64,000 bases of DNA. It comes from an uncultured Alphaproteobacteria bacterium. GTDB lineage: Bacteria > Pseudomonadota > Alphaproteobacteria > CBDUZE01. Shown one piece after another: positions 1-8,262 of the stretch. Made by a program: the position numbers and the translations under genes. The notes below the pieces were generated by a model. The model had not been told where the DNA came from and did no database searches. It saw nothing but the letters and a program-made list of their open reading frames with translations. The stretch covers positions 34,107-98,106 of the forward strand of contig CBDUZE010000013.1 in NCBI GenBank assembly GCA_965371625.1, in the 5' to 3' direction. Numbering within the stretch: the first letter of the stretch is position 1; each line of letters starts with the position of its first letter.

Positions 1-1473
1 GCCCCCTATCCCCGCAAGGAGTGCCGCATCTACCGGGCCTTCCGCCGGGGCGAGGGCAGCCATGTCGATGACGAGGTCCTGTGGCGCAAGGACGGGACCA
101 GCTTCCCGGTCGAGTATTGGTCATACCCAGTGCGGCGTGACGGGCACGTCGTCGGGGCGGTGGTGAGCTTCCTCGACATCACCGAGCGCCATCGCGCGGC
201 GGCGGAAATCCGAGAAGCGCATGACTTGTTGGAGCAGCGGGTGCGGGAAAGGACGTCCAAGCTCCAACTGGCCAACAAGGCTCTGGAAAACGAGATTGCC
301 GAGCGCGAGCGGACCGAGGCGGCGCGCGCCGCGCTCAGCGACCAGCTTCGCCACAAGAACTTTCAGCTCGACGCCGCGCTCGACAACATGGGCCACAGCC
401 TCGCCATGTTCGACGCCGAGCTGAGGCTGGTGATGTGCAACAAGAGCTACGTGGAGCTGTTCTCGCTGCCGGCGAAGCTAGGTCGCCCCGGCACGCCGCT
501 CACCAGCATCATCGCGTTCGCGTCCAGGCACCAAAAGCTCGACAAGGAAACGAGGGACAAGATCTTCGAGCGCCGCACCGCGCTCGCCCGCAGCCGCGAG
601 GATCGCATCTTTCACGAGTACTTCTCGGACGGGCGCGTCATCAAGATCTTCCACCGGCCGCTGGCCGATGGCGGCTCGCTCGCGATCTACGAGGACATTA
701 CCCAAAGACTCCGGGGCGAGAAGGATCTCGAGGTGGCCAAGGAGCAGGCCGAGCTCGCCAACCGCTCGAAGTCCGAGTTTCTCGCCAACATGAGCCACGA
801 GCTGCGCACCCCGCTGAACGCCATCATCGGCTTCTCGGAAATGATCCGCAGCGGCATTTACGGGCCCGTCGGAGACGCCAAGTACGTCGAGTACGCCGGG
901 GACATAAACATCTCGGGCCAGCTTCTGTTGGAGCTTATCAACGACATCCTCGATCTGTCGAAGATCGAGGCCGGCAAGCTCGAGCTGCAGGAGCAGATCG
1001 TCGAAGTCGCCGGCGCCGTCGACGCCTGCCTGACGGTGGTGAGGGAGCGCGCCGGCCGCGCCGGTCTCGAGCTCGAGCGATGGCTCGCGGAGGGCCTGCC
1101 GGGGCTGCGCGCGGACGAACGCAAGGTCAAGCAGATGCTGCTCAACTTGCTTTCGAATGCGATCAAGTTCACCGAGCCCGGCGGCAAGGTCACGGTGGAG
1201 GCCGAGGTGAACCGCGAGGGTGGCATCACCATCTCGGTCTCGGACACCGGCATCGGCATCGCCTCGGAACACATGGCCAAGGTCATGGAGCCCTTCGCCC
1301 AGGCCGACAACGCCCTCAACCGCCGGCACCAGGGCACCGGGCTCGGCCTGCCCCTGACCAAGGCGCTGGTGGAGGTGCACGGCGGCGACCTCGAGCTCAC
1401 AAGCGAGCCCGGGGTCGGCACCACGGCGAGTTTGCTGTTTCCGCCCGAGCGGATCCGCGAGGCCGCCGCCTAA
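1..1473 (+). CDS. PAS-domain sensor histidine kinase (PleC/DivJ/PdhS-like), 5'-truncated by window edge
   Basis: Frame is open from base 1 (PAS/PAC ...WRKDGTSFPVEY...FLDITER); second PAS; H-box FLANMSHELRTPLNAIIGFSE; N-box NLLSNAIKFT; G boxes DTGIGI and GTGLGL. Confidence 0.93.
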   Translation, partial: APYPRKECRIYRAFRRGEGSHVDDEVLWRKDGTSFPVEYWSYPVRRDGHVVGAVVSFLDITERHRAAAEIREAHDLLEQRVRERTSKLQLANKALENEIAERERTEAARAALSDQLRHKNFQLDAALDNMGHSLAMFDAELRLVMCNKSYVELFSLPAKLGRPGTPLTSIIAFASRHQKLDKETRDKIFERRTALARSREDRIFHEYFSDGRVIKIFHRPLADGGSLAIYEDITQRLRGEKDLEVAKEQAELANRSKSEFLANMSHELRTPLNAIIGFSEMIRSGIYGPVGDAKYVEYAGDINISGQLLLELINDILDLSKIEAGKLELQEQIVEVAGAVDACLTVVRERAGRAGLELERWLAEGLPGLRADERKVKQMLLNLLSNAIKFTEPGGKVTVEAEVNREGGITISVSDTGIGIASEHMAKVMEPFAQADNALNRRHQGTGLGLPLTKALVEVHGGDLELTSEPGVGTTASLLFPPERIREAAA

Positions 1474-1532
1474 GCGGTGAGCGCCCGGGGCTGGCCCGCC
1501 GCGGGCGAGGTGAGCGACGCCGCCCCTCTGCC

Positions 1533-2042
1533 CTAGCCGCCGCCCGGGGCTCCGCCCGAAAGCCGCTCTGCCGGAGCGCCGGCGTCGGCCGGCGCGGTGG
1601 CGGGCGCCTTCTTCACCAGCTCGACGCCGCTGCCGGCGTTCGCCAATTCGCTCCTGTCGACGCGCTTGCAATGGCCCTCGAGGTGGGCTCCGGCCTCGAC
1701 CGCGAGAAGCTCGTGCAGGATGTCGCCCATCACCTTGGCCGACTTGGCGAGCTGCACCGAGCGGGCCCGGATGCGGCCGTTGACGGCACCGAGCACCAGA
1801 ACCTCGTCGGCCTCGATCTCGCCGTTGACGGTGGCTTCGCCGCCGATGGTGAGCTTGTGGCCGCGGACGTCGCCGTCGACCAGGCCGTCGATCTGTATCT
1901 CCCCCTCGGTCTTGAGGTTGCCGACGATATGCAGGTTGGCACTGATGATCGACGGCGTGCCGTCGGCCTTGACCGGCGGCGGCGGCGCTTTCGTTCTCTC
2001 GGCCTTGGCAAAGGGTTGCTTCTTCTCAGCCTTTGAAAACAT
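1533..2042 (-). CDS. Bactofilin (polymer-forming cytoskeletal protein, BacA/CcmA family)
   Basis: Beta-helix repeats SIISANLHIVGNL...IQIDGLVDGDV...V.G.I; N-terminal MFSK peptide typical of alphaproteobacterial bactofilins; overlaps M23 gene by 17 nt. Confidence 0.93.
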   Translation of the reverse strand: MFSKAEKKQPFAKAERTKAPPPPVKADGTPSIISANLHIVGNLKTEGEIQIDGLVDGDVRGHKLTIGGEATVNGEIEADEVLVLGAVNGRIRARSVQLAKSAKVMGDILHELLAVEAGAHLEGHCKRVDRSELANAGSGVELVKKAPATAPADAGAPAERLSGGAPGGG

Positions 2043-3609
2043 ATTTCCCCGCTTTCATGAACTTCGCAGGATCCTGCGGTTTGCCTTCGAACACGACCTC
2101 GTAGTGAACATGGCTGCCGGTGCTGCGGCCGGTGCTGCCCATGATGCCGATCTTGTGCCGGAAGCCGACGCTCTGCCCTTTCTTGACCAGTATCTTGCGC
2201 AGATGCCCGTAACGCGTCACCAGGCCATAGCCGTGGTCGATCTCCACCATCTTGCCGTAGGGCCCTTTGCGACCGGCGAAGGTCACCGTGCCCGGCGCCG
2301 TGCTCCACACCGGCGACTTGAAGCTGCCGGAGAGATCCACCCCGTGGTGCATCGCCCGTTTCTTCGTGATCGGGTCGCGGCGCTTGCCGTATCGGCTGGC
2401 CACGTAATAGCTGTCGAGCGGGCTCGCCATGGGCAGGCGTTGGAGCACGCTCTGCAGGCCGGCCCAGCGGTTGAGGTGGTGCTCCAGCCGCACCACGCTG
2501 GAGCCGAAGCCGGGGTCGGAGTGGGCGCTCTCGGCGTCGTCGGCAGCCTCGTCCGCGAGGTCGATGAAGGGGCCGCCAAGGCCGCTCTCGGGATCTGGCA
2601 CCCGCTCCAGCAGATCCTCGGCGCTGATCCCGGTGAGCGCGATCATCGCCTCGATCTCCTCGAGGTTGGTCTCGGTGCGCTCCTGGATGCGGGCGACGAG
2701 CTCCCGTTGTGACGACTTGAGCCGGGTCAGGCGTCCCTCGAGCTCGGCGATGCGGCGCGTCAATCGATCGCCCTTGCTGACGGCCAGGTCGCGCTCGCTA
2801 AGGAGGCTCGTGAAGTGCGCCTCCACGCCGTCGAGCTGGGCCAGCCGGCGCTCGAGATCGGTGACGCGACGGGTCATTCTTTGGCCTTCGATGAGCGCCT
2901 GATCGCGCTCTTGCGCCACGTCTTCGAACTCCGCCTCCAGGCCGTCGAAGTCGGCCAGACGATGCTCGAGCCGGGCGCTGCGCTGGGCCAATTCCTGACC
3001 CCGTTGGAGTGCCGAGTCGCGCTCGGCGATCAGGTTATCGAGGCCCGTCTCGACGCTGGCGACGCCACCCCGGAGCGGATGCCGGCCGCGCTCGGCGCCC
3101 CCCGATGATTGGCTCGCGCCATCGGCGTCGTGCAGCCGCTCCTCGAGCCGCGAGATGCGCTCGCCCAGGGCCTGCTCCATGACCATGAAGCGATCGCGCT
3201 CGGCGATCACCACGGCGAGCTCGCTCGTGACCTCGCCCAAGCGCGTTCCCAGCGCCTGTCTCTGATCGATCAGCTCGACCAGCAGCCGGTGCTTGGCCTC
3301 GAGCTCCTCGGTGATGCCGAGGAAACGCCGCTGCGTGCTTTCCAGCTCGTCGCCCAGCACCCGGTACGCCGAGGCCATCTCGACGATGCGCTGCTCCTTC
3401 GAGGCGACCACGCGCTCCGCGATCATCAGGGTCACGGCGCCGTAAACCAGCCACGTGCCCAGTGCCAGCGCGACCCCGGCGAGGCTTAGCTGGGTCGCCG
3501 TGCCGAGCCGGATGAAGGTGACCTCTCCGCCGCTCCGATGGAAGAACTCACGTTCGGGAAAAAGCCAGGCAATGGTGTTTCGAGTGATGCGAATTGGTCG
3601 GTCGAGCAT
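2026..3609 (-). CDS. Membrane-anchored M23 peptidoglycan endopeptidase with long coiled coil (LmdC-like)
   Basis: N-terminal FPEREFFHRSGGEV segment, TM helix, coiled coil, M23 motifs HHGVD, YGHL and GSTGRSTGSHVHYEV. Confidence 0.92.
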   Translation of the reverse strand: MLDRPIRITRNTIAWLFPEREFFHRSGGEVTFIRLGTATQLSLAGVALALGTWLVYGAVTLMIAERVVASKEQRIVEMASAYRVLGDELESTQRRFLGITEELEAKHRLLVELIDQRQALGTRLGEVTSELAVVIAERDRFMVMEQALGERISRLEERLHDADGASQSSGGAERGRHPLRGGVASVETGLDNLIAERDSALQRGQELAQRSARLEHRLADFDGLEAEFEDVAQERDQALIEGQRMTRRVTDLERRLAQLDGVEAHFTSLLSERDLAVSKGDRLTRRIAELEGRLTRLKSSQRELVARIQERTETNLEEIEAMIALTGISAEDLLERVPDPESGLGGPFIDLADEAADDAESAHSDPGFGSSVVRLEHHLNRWAGLQSVLQRLPMASPLDSYYVASRYGKRRDPITKKRAMHHGVDLSGSFKSPVWSTAPGTVTFAGRKGPYGKMVEIDHGYGLVTRYGHLRKILVKKGQSVGFRHKIGIMGSTGRSTGSHVHYEVVFEGKPQDPAKFMKAGKYVFKG

Positions 3610-3656
3610 GCGTCCCCGGGTCCCCTCCCTTAGACATATTCTTATTTTGACCGCCT

Positions 3657-3685
3657 ATTCCAGCCTATGAGCCTTCATTTTGCAA
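3657..3685 (-). promoter_or_regulatory. Putative sigma70 promoter of M23-bactofilin operon
   Basis: Minus strand TTGCAA-17nt-TGGAAT in an AT-rich intergenic patch. Confidence 0.35.
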
Positions 3686-3743
3686 GGATTCCTCGGCTTC
3701 GCCGCGACGCCGCTCGGATCTGCAGGCGGCCGCCCGCGTGCCG

Positions 3744-4622
3744 TCACCCCGCCAGCGGCAGATAGAACTCCTGGCCGAGACCGGCGCGGCGCCGCGCCGG
3801 GACGTTGAAGGGCGGCTTGAGGGTGCCGCGAAAATGACGGCGCACCAGGTCGTGGTAGGCGGTCACCGGCTCGAGGCCGCGCCGGGCGCAGACCTTTAGG
3901 AACCACCGCTGCCCGGTGGCGACGTGGCCGATCTCCTCGTCATGGATGAGGTCGAGGATGCGGGCGCTCGCCTCGTCGCCGGCGCGGCGCAAGCGCTCGC
4001 AGATCGCGGGCGCGACGTCGAGGCCCCGAGCCTCGAGCACCAGCGGCACCACGGCGAGCCGGGCCAAAAGATCGTGGCGGGTCTCCGTGGCGGCCTGCCA
4101 CAGCCCGTCGTGGGCCGGCAGCTGGCCGTAGGCCGCGCCCAGTTGGTCGAGCCTCTCGACGAGCAGGGTGAAATGCCTGGCCTCGTCGTCGGCGACGCCG
4201 ACCCAGTCGTTCGCGAAGGCCCGGGCGTCCGCGAAGGCCTGGGCGTCCGCGAAGGCCTGGACGTCCGCGAAGGCCTGGGCGTCGGCGAAGGCCTGGGTCG
4301 CGCGCTCATCGCCCGCCTCGTCGGTGAAGCGGGCGATCATGTCCCAGGCCAGGTCGATGGCGTTGAGCTCGATATGGGCGAGGGCGTGCAGGAGCGCGAC
4401 CCGGCCCCGGTTGTCGCGCCCCAGCCGCCGCCGGGGCACCTCGCGGGGCGGCACCAGCCGGGGGCGCGCGGGCCGCGCCGGGCGCTCCGGCGGGCGGCTC
4501 GAGCCCAGGCCGGCGAGGCGGCCCTGGCGCCAGGCCGCCGCGGCCTCCCGCGTCAGTGCCGCCTTGGCGCCGGCGTCGGCGGTCCCGAGTACGGCGCAGG
4601 CGCTCTCCGTGAGCGTTGGCAA
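3744..4622 (-). CDS. Ferritin-like DUF455 family protein
   Basis: LLHALAHIELNAIDLAWD, DEARHF, VPLVLEARGLD and EEIGHV di-iron-type motifs. Confidence 0.9.
   Translation of the reverse strand: MPTLTESACAVLGTADAGAKAALTREAAAAWRQGRLAGLGSSRPPERPARPARPRLVPPREVPRRRLGRDNRGRVALLHALAHIELNAIDLAWDMIARFTDEAGDERATQAFADAQAFADVQAFADAQAFADARAFANDWVGVADDEARHFTLLVERLDQLGAAYGQLPAHDGLWQAATETRHDLLARLAVVPLVLEARGLDVAPAICERLRRAGDEASARILDLIHDEEIGHVATGQRWFLKVCARRGLEPVTAYHDLVRRHFRGTLKPPFNVPARRRAGLGQEFYLPLAG
4213..4297. repeat. 18-bp in-frame tandem repeat, ~4.7 copies (QAFADA)
   Basis: Unit gcgaaggcctgggcgtcc (with 1-nt variants) starts at 4213, 4231, 4249, 4267, 4285. Confidence 0.95.
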
Positions 4623-4641
4623 GGCTGCCCTCCGCGGCCGC

Positions 4642-5124
4642 CTAGAGCGCCCGCACCGCCGCCAGCACCTCGTCGACGTGGCCCGGCACCTTGACCTTGC
4701 GCCAGACGCGCCGGATCGCGCCGTCGCCGTCGATGAGGAAGGTGGCGCGCTCGAGGCCCATATACTTGCGCCCGTACATGCTTTTCTCGAGCCACACGCC
4801 GTAGTTCTGGCAGAGCGTGCCCTCGGGGTCCGAGGCCAGGACCACGCCGAGGTCGTGCTTGGCCTTGAACTTGTCGTGGCGCGCCACGCTGTCCTTCGAG
4901 GCGCCCACCACCACCGCGCCAGCCTTCTCGAACTCGCCGAGCGCGGCGCTGAAGCCGATCGCCTCTTTGGTGCAGCCCGAGGTGTCGTCCTTGGGGTAGA
5001 AGTAGAGCACCACCGTCCTGTCCTTCAGTTCCGCGAGCGAGATGCGTCCGCCGCCGTCGCGCTCGAGGTCGAAGCCGGGGGCGCGGTCGCCCGCGCTCAA
5101 GTCCTTGCTCAAGTCTGGGCTCAT
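4642..5124 (-). CDS. bcp: Peroxiredoxin Bcp/PrxQ
   Basis: VVLYFYPKDDTSGCTKEA and YGVWLEKSMYGRKYMGLERATFLID; ATG at 5124 coupled to the glnE stop. Confidence 0.95.
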   Translation of the reverse strand: MSPDLSKDLSAGDRAPGFDLERDGGGRISLAELKDRTVVLYFYPKDDTSGCTKEAIGFSAALGEFEKAGAVVVGASKDSVARHDKFKAKHDLGVVLASDPEGTLCQNYGVWLEKSMYGRKYMGLERATFLIDGDGAIRRVWRKVKVPGHVDEVLAAVRAL

Positions 5125-8111
5125 GGCGGGTTCTCCTGGGCTTGGGTGACGAGGCGGGCGTGCGCCGGGGCCTCGATGAGGTGGCGATAATGGTCGAGGG
5201 TGCGGGCCTGGGCCGCCACCAGGTCGCGTTTCAGGGCGCCGAAGTCGGCGGCGCCGCCGGCGCGGGCGAGGGCCTCGCGCAACCCCGGCGGCGTGCTCTC
5301 CTCGTCGATCGGGCCTTCGCTCGAGAGCTGCGACAGGCCCTGGACGTTGCGCATCAGCACCGTCGCCGCGATGAGCTCGTCGGCAACCTCTACGCTCAGG
5401 GCGCCGACCTGCCCGAGGCGGCGGAAGGCGGCGCTGGTGTTGGTGTCCAACACCTCGGGCCGGTCCGCGGCATGGCGCAGCTGGAGGTACTGGCTGATGA
5501 ACTCGAGGTCCAAGAGGCCGCCGCGGGCGTACTTGACGTTCCAGGGGTCCGAGGTGCCGTGCTCGCGCTCGACCCGTTCGCGCATCTCGGCCACGTCCGC
5601 GACCAGCTGGCCCGGGTCGCGGGGCCGGGTGAGGACGCGGCGGATCATGCCGGGGATCGCCGCGGCGAGGCGCTTGGGCCCGCCGATCACCCGCGCCCGG
5701 GTCAAGGCCATATGCTCCCAGGTCCAGGCCGACTCGCGCTGGTAGAGCTCGAAGGCGTGCAGGCTGGTGGCGATGGGGCCGGCCTTGCCCGAAGGCCTGA
5801 GCCGCATGTCGACGTCGTAGAGTCGTCCCTCGGCGGTGAGCGCCGTGAGGGCGGCGATGAAGCGCTGGCTGAGGCGGGCGAAGTAGTGGCCGACCGCGAG
5901 CGGCTTGGCGCCGTCGGAGGCCTCGACCTCGGGCGGGAAGTCGTAGACCAAGATGAGGTCGAGGTCGGAGCCCGCGGTCATCTCGCGCCCGCCCAGCTTG
6001 CCGAGCCCCACGACCGCCATGCCGGCGCCCGGCACGCCGCCGTGGCGGCGCCCGAACTCTTGCTCGACCAGGGGCTGGAGGGCGCGAATCAGCACCTCGG
6101 CGATGTCGCTCAGCGCCGGCCCCGAGGCCTCCGAGTCCGAAAGGTTGCGCATGATCTGGACCCCGACCTGAAACTTGGCGTCGGCGGTCCATCGCCGGGT
6201 CACGTCGAGCACCTCCTCGAAGTCGGCGGCGCCCTCGAGGGCGCTGGCCAGGTCTTGGGCGCGGCGCCCCGCCTGCGGCAGCGGGTCGAAGAATCCCGGC
6301 GTCAACACGCCATCGAAGAGCGCGGGGTTGCGGCTCAGATAGGAGGCCAGCCGGGGCGCATCGCCCATCACCTCGGCCACCAGATCCAAGAGCCCCGGGT
6401 TGGCGTGAAAGAGCGAGAACAGCTGGATCCCCGCCGGCAGCTTGCCGAGGAACTCGTCCAGCTTGGCGAAGGCGAGGTCGGGATTGGCGGTCCTCGCGAG
6501 CGCCTCGAGGAGCGCCGGCGTGATCTCGGTCAGGAGCTCGCGCGCCCGCGTCGAGCGCATGGCGCGGTAGCGGCCGTGATGCCACTTGCGAAGGCTCGTC
6601 GCCACCGCCTCGGGCCGCCCGAAGCCCATTTCGCTTAAGGTTTTCAGGGTCTCGGGGTCATCCTCGGTGCCGGTGAAGGCGAGGCTGCCGGCGTGGCCGA
6701 GCGGGGGCGCGTCCTCGAACAGCGCGGCGTAATGGCTTTGAACCCTCTCGAGGCGGCTGAGCAGTTGGCGGCTGAAATGATCGCCGTCGTCGCAACCCAT
6801 GAACACGGCGAGGCGGGCCACGGCGTCGCGGTCAGTGGGCAGGGTGTGGGTCTGCTCGTCGCCGATCATCTGCAGCCGGTGCTCGAGCCGGCGCAGGAAC
6901 TCGTAGGCCTCCACCAGCTCCTCGGCGACCTCGTGCCCGAGACGTCCCGACTCGGCCAGCGCCCGAATCGCCGCGGCGGTGCCCGGGACACGCAAGCGGC
7001 GGTCGCGTCCCCCGGCGATGAGCTGCTGGGTCTGGGCGAAGAACTCGATCTCGCGAATGCCGCCCCGCCCCAGCTTGATGTTGTGGCCGGCGACGGCGAT
7101 GCGCGCGTGGCCCCGGTGATCGTGGATCTGGCGCTTGATCGAGTGGATGTCCTGGATGGCCGCGAAGTCGAGGTACTTGCGCCAGATGAAGGGGGCGACG
7201 CGGGCGAGAAAGTCGCGCCCAGCCACGAGGTCGCCGGCCACCGGCCGCGCCTTGATCATCGCCGCCCGCTCCCAGTTCTGGCCCTGGCTTTCGTAGTAGT
7301 TCTCGGCCGCGATCATGGGCAGCGCCAGCGGCGTCGCGCCGCCCTCCGGCCTGAGGCGCAGGTCGGTGCGGAAGACGTAGCCTTCCGCGGTGCGCTCGTG
7401 AAAGATTCGCACCAGCTCCTGGGTGAGCCGCACGAAGCAATCCTGCGGCGTCTGCGGGCCCAGGTAGTCGATCGCGTCCTGGTCATAGAGCACGATGAGG
7501 TCGATGTCGCTCGAGTAGTTGAGCTCGCGGGCGCCCAGCTTGCCCATGCCGAGCACGGCGAAGCCGCTGCCCTCGTCGGGGTGCTCGGGATCGGGCAGGG
7601 CGAGCTCACCCCTGGCGGCCGCCGCGGCCAGGAGATGGCGGGCGGCCAGCGTCAGCGCCCGATCGGCGAAATCGCTGAGCGCGCCGGTGACCTGCTCCAG
7701 GTTCCAAAGCCCGCCGATGTCGGCCAGCGCCACCAGCAGCGCGGTCCGTCGCTTGGCCCGGCGCAGCACCGTCATGAGCTCGTCCACGCCGCCGCCGGCG
7801 CCGCCGGTGTCAGCGTCGAGCTCGGCGAGGATGGCGGCGAAGCTCTCTTCGGGGGCCCGGCTCATGAGCTCGCGGACGAAGCCCACCTCGGCCAGCAGGC
7901 ACTGGGTGAGAAATGGACTGTTGCCGAAGATCGCCTTTAGGATGGCCTCGCCCTGGGGCTCGGCGGCGAGGCGCTCGGCGAAGGCGGCAAGCGCGGCGTC
8001 CTCCGCCTCCGCCGCCCGTTCGCGCCACTGCACGAGACCCAACGCGGCACGCTCCGGGTTCGCCGGTGGCGGCGCCGAGACAATCCGATCGAGCAGGGGA
8101 AACTCGCTCAT
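5121..8111 (-). CDS. glnE: Bifunctional glutamine synthetase adenylyltransferase/adenylyl-removing enzyme
   Basis: Two nucleotidyltransferase motifs GMGKLGARELNYSSDIDL and GLGKLGGREMTAGSDLDL; DLRLRP; NIKLGRGGIREIEF. Confidence 0.97.
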   Translation of the reverse strand: MSEFPLLDRIVSAPPPANPERAALGLVQWRERAAEAEDAALAAFAERLAAEPQGEAILKAIFGNSPFLTQCLLAEVGFVRELMSRAPEESFAAILAELDADTGGAGGGVDELMTVLRRAKRRTALLVALADIGGLWNLEQVTGALSDFADRALTLAARHLLAAAAARGELALPDPEHPDEGSGFAVLGMGKLGARELNYSSDIDLIVLYDQDAIDYLGPQTPQDCFVRLTQELVRIFHERTAEGYVFRTDLRLRPEGGATPLALPMIAAENYYESQGQNWERAAMIKARPVAGDLVAGRDFLARVAPFIWRKYLDFAAIQDIHSIKRQIHDHRGHARIAVAGHNIKLGRGGIREIEFFAQTQQLIAGGRDRRLRVPGTAAAIRALAESGRLGHEVAEELVEAYEFLRRLEHRLQMIGDEQTHTLPTDRDAVARLAVFMGCDDGDHFSRQLLSRLERVQSHYAALFEDAPPLGHAGSLAFTGTEDDPETLKTLSEMGFGRPEAVATSLRKWHHGRYRAMRSTRARELLTEITPALLEALARTANPDLAFAKLDEFLGKLPAGIQLFSLFHANPGLLDLVAEVMGDAPRLASYLSRNPALFDGVLTPGFFDPLPQAGRRAQDLASALEGAADFEEVLDVTRRWTADAKFQVGVQIMRNLSDSEASGPALSDIAEVLIRALQPLVEQEFGRRHGGVPGAGMAVVGLGKLGGREMTAGSDLDLILVYDFPPEVEASDGAKPLAVGHYFARLSQRFIAALTALTAEGRLYDVDMRLRPSGKAGPIATSLHAFELYQRESAWTWEHMALTRARVIGGPKRLAAAIPGMIRRVLTRPRDPGQLVADVAEMRERVEREHGTSDPWNVKYARGGLLDLEFISQYLQLRHAADRPEVLDTNTSAAFRRLGQVGALSVEVADELIAATVLMRNVQGLSQLSSEGPIDEESTPPGLREALARAGGAADFGALKRDLVAAQARTLDHYRHLIEAPAHARLVTQAQENPP

Positions 8112-8262
8112 TCCTTACCAACCTGCTTTGAGGCACACTGCGAGACTGCGGCATGGTGGTCAAGACACGGCAAGATCGGATTTCCCATCGGGCGGCGGCG
8201 GCGGCGCCGGACGCCGCCCTTGGCGGTCACGCGCGGCCGCGGTCAGGGGCGGGGGATAAGCG

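Noticed and set aside
4642-6585. 647-aa fusion ending in Bcp
   Set aside because: The upstream part is an off-frame reading of glnE; bcp starts at ATG 5124
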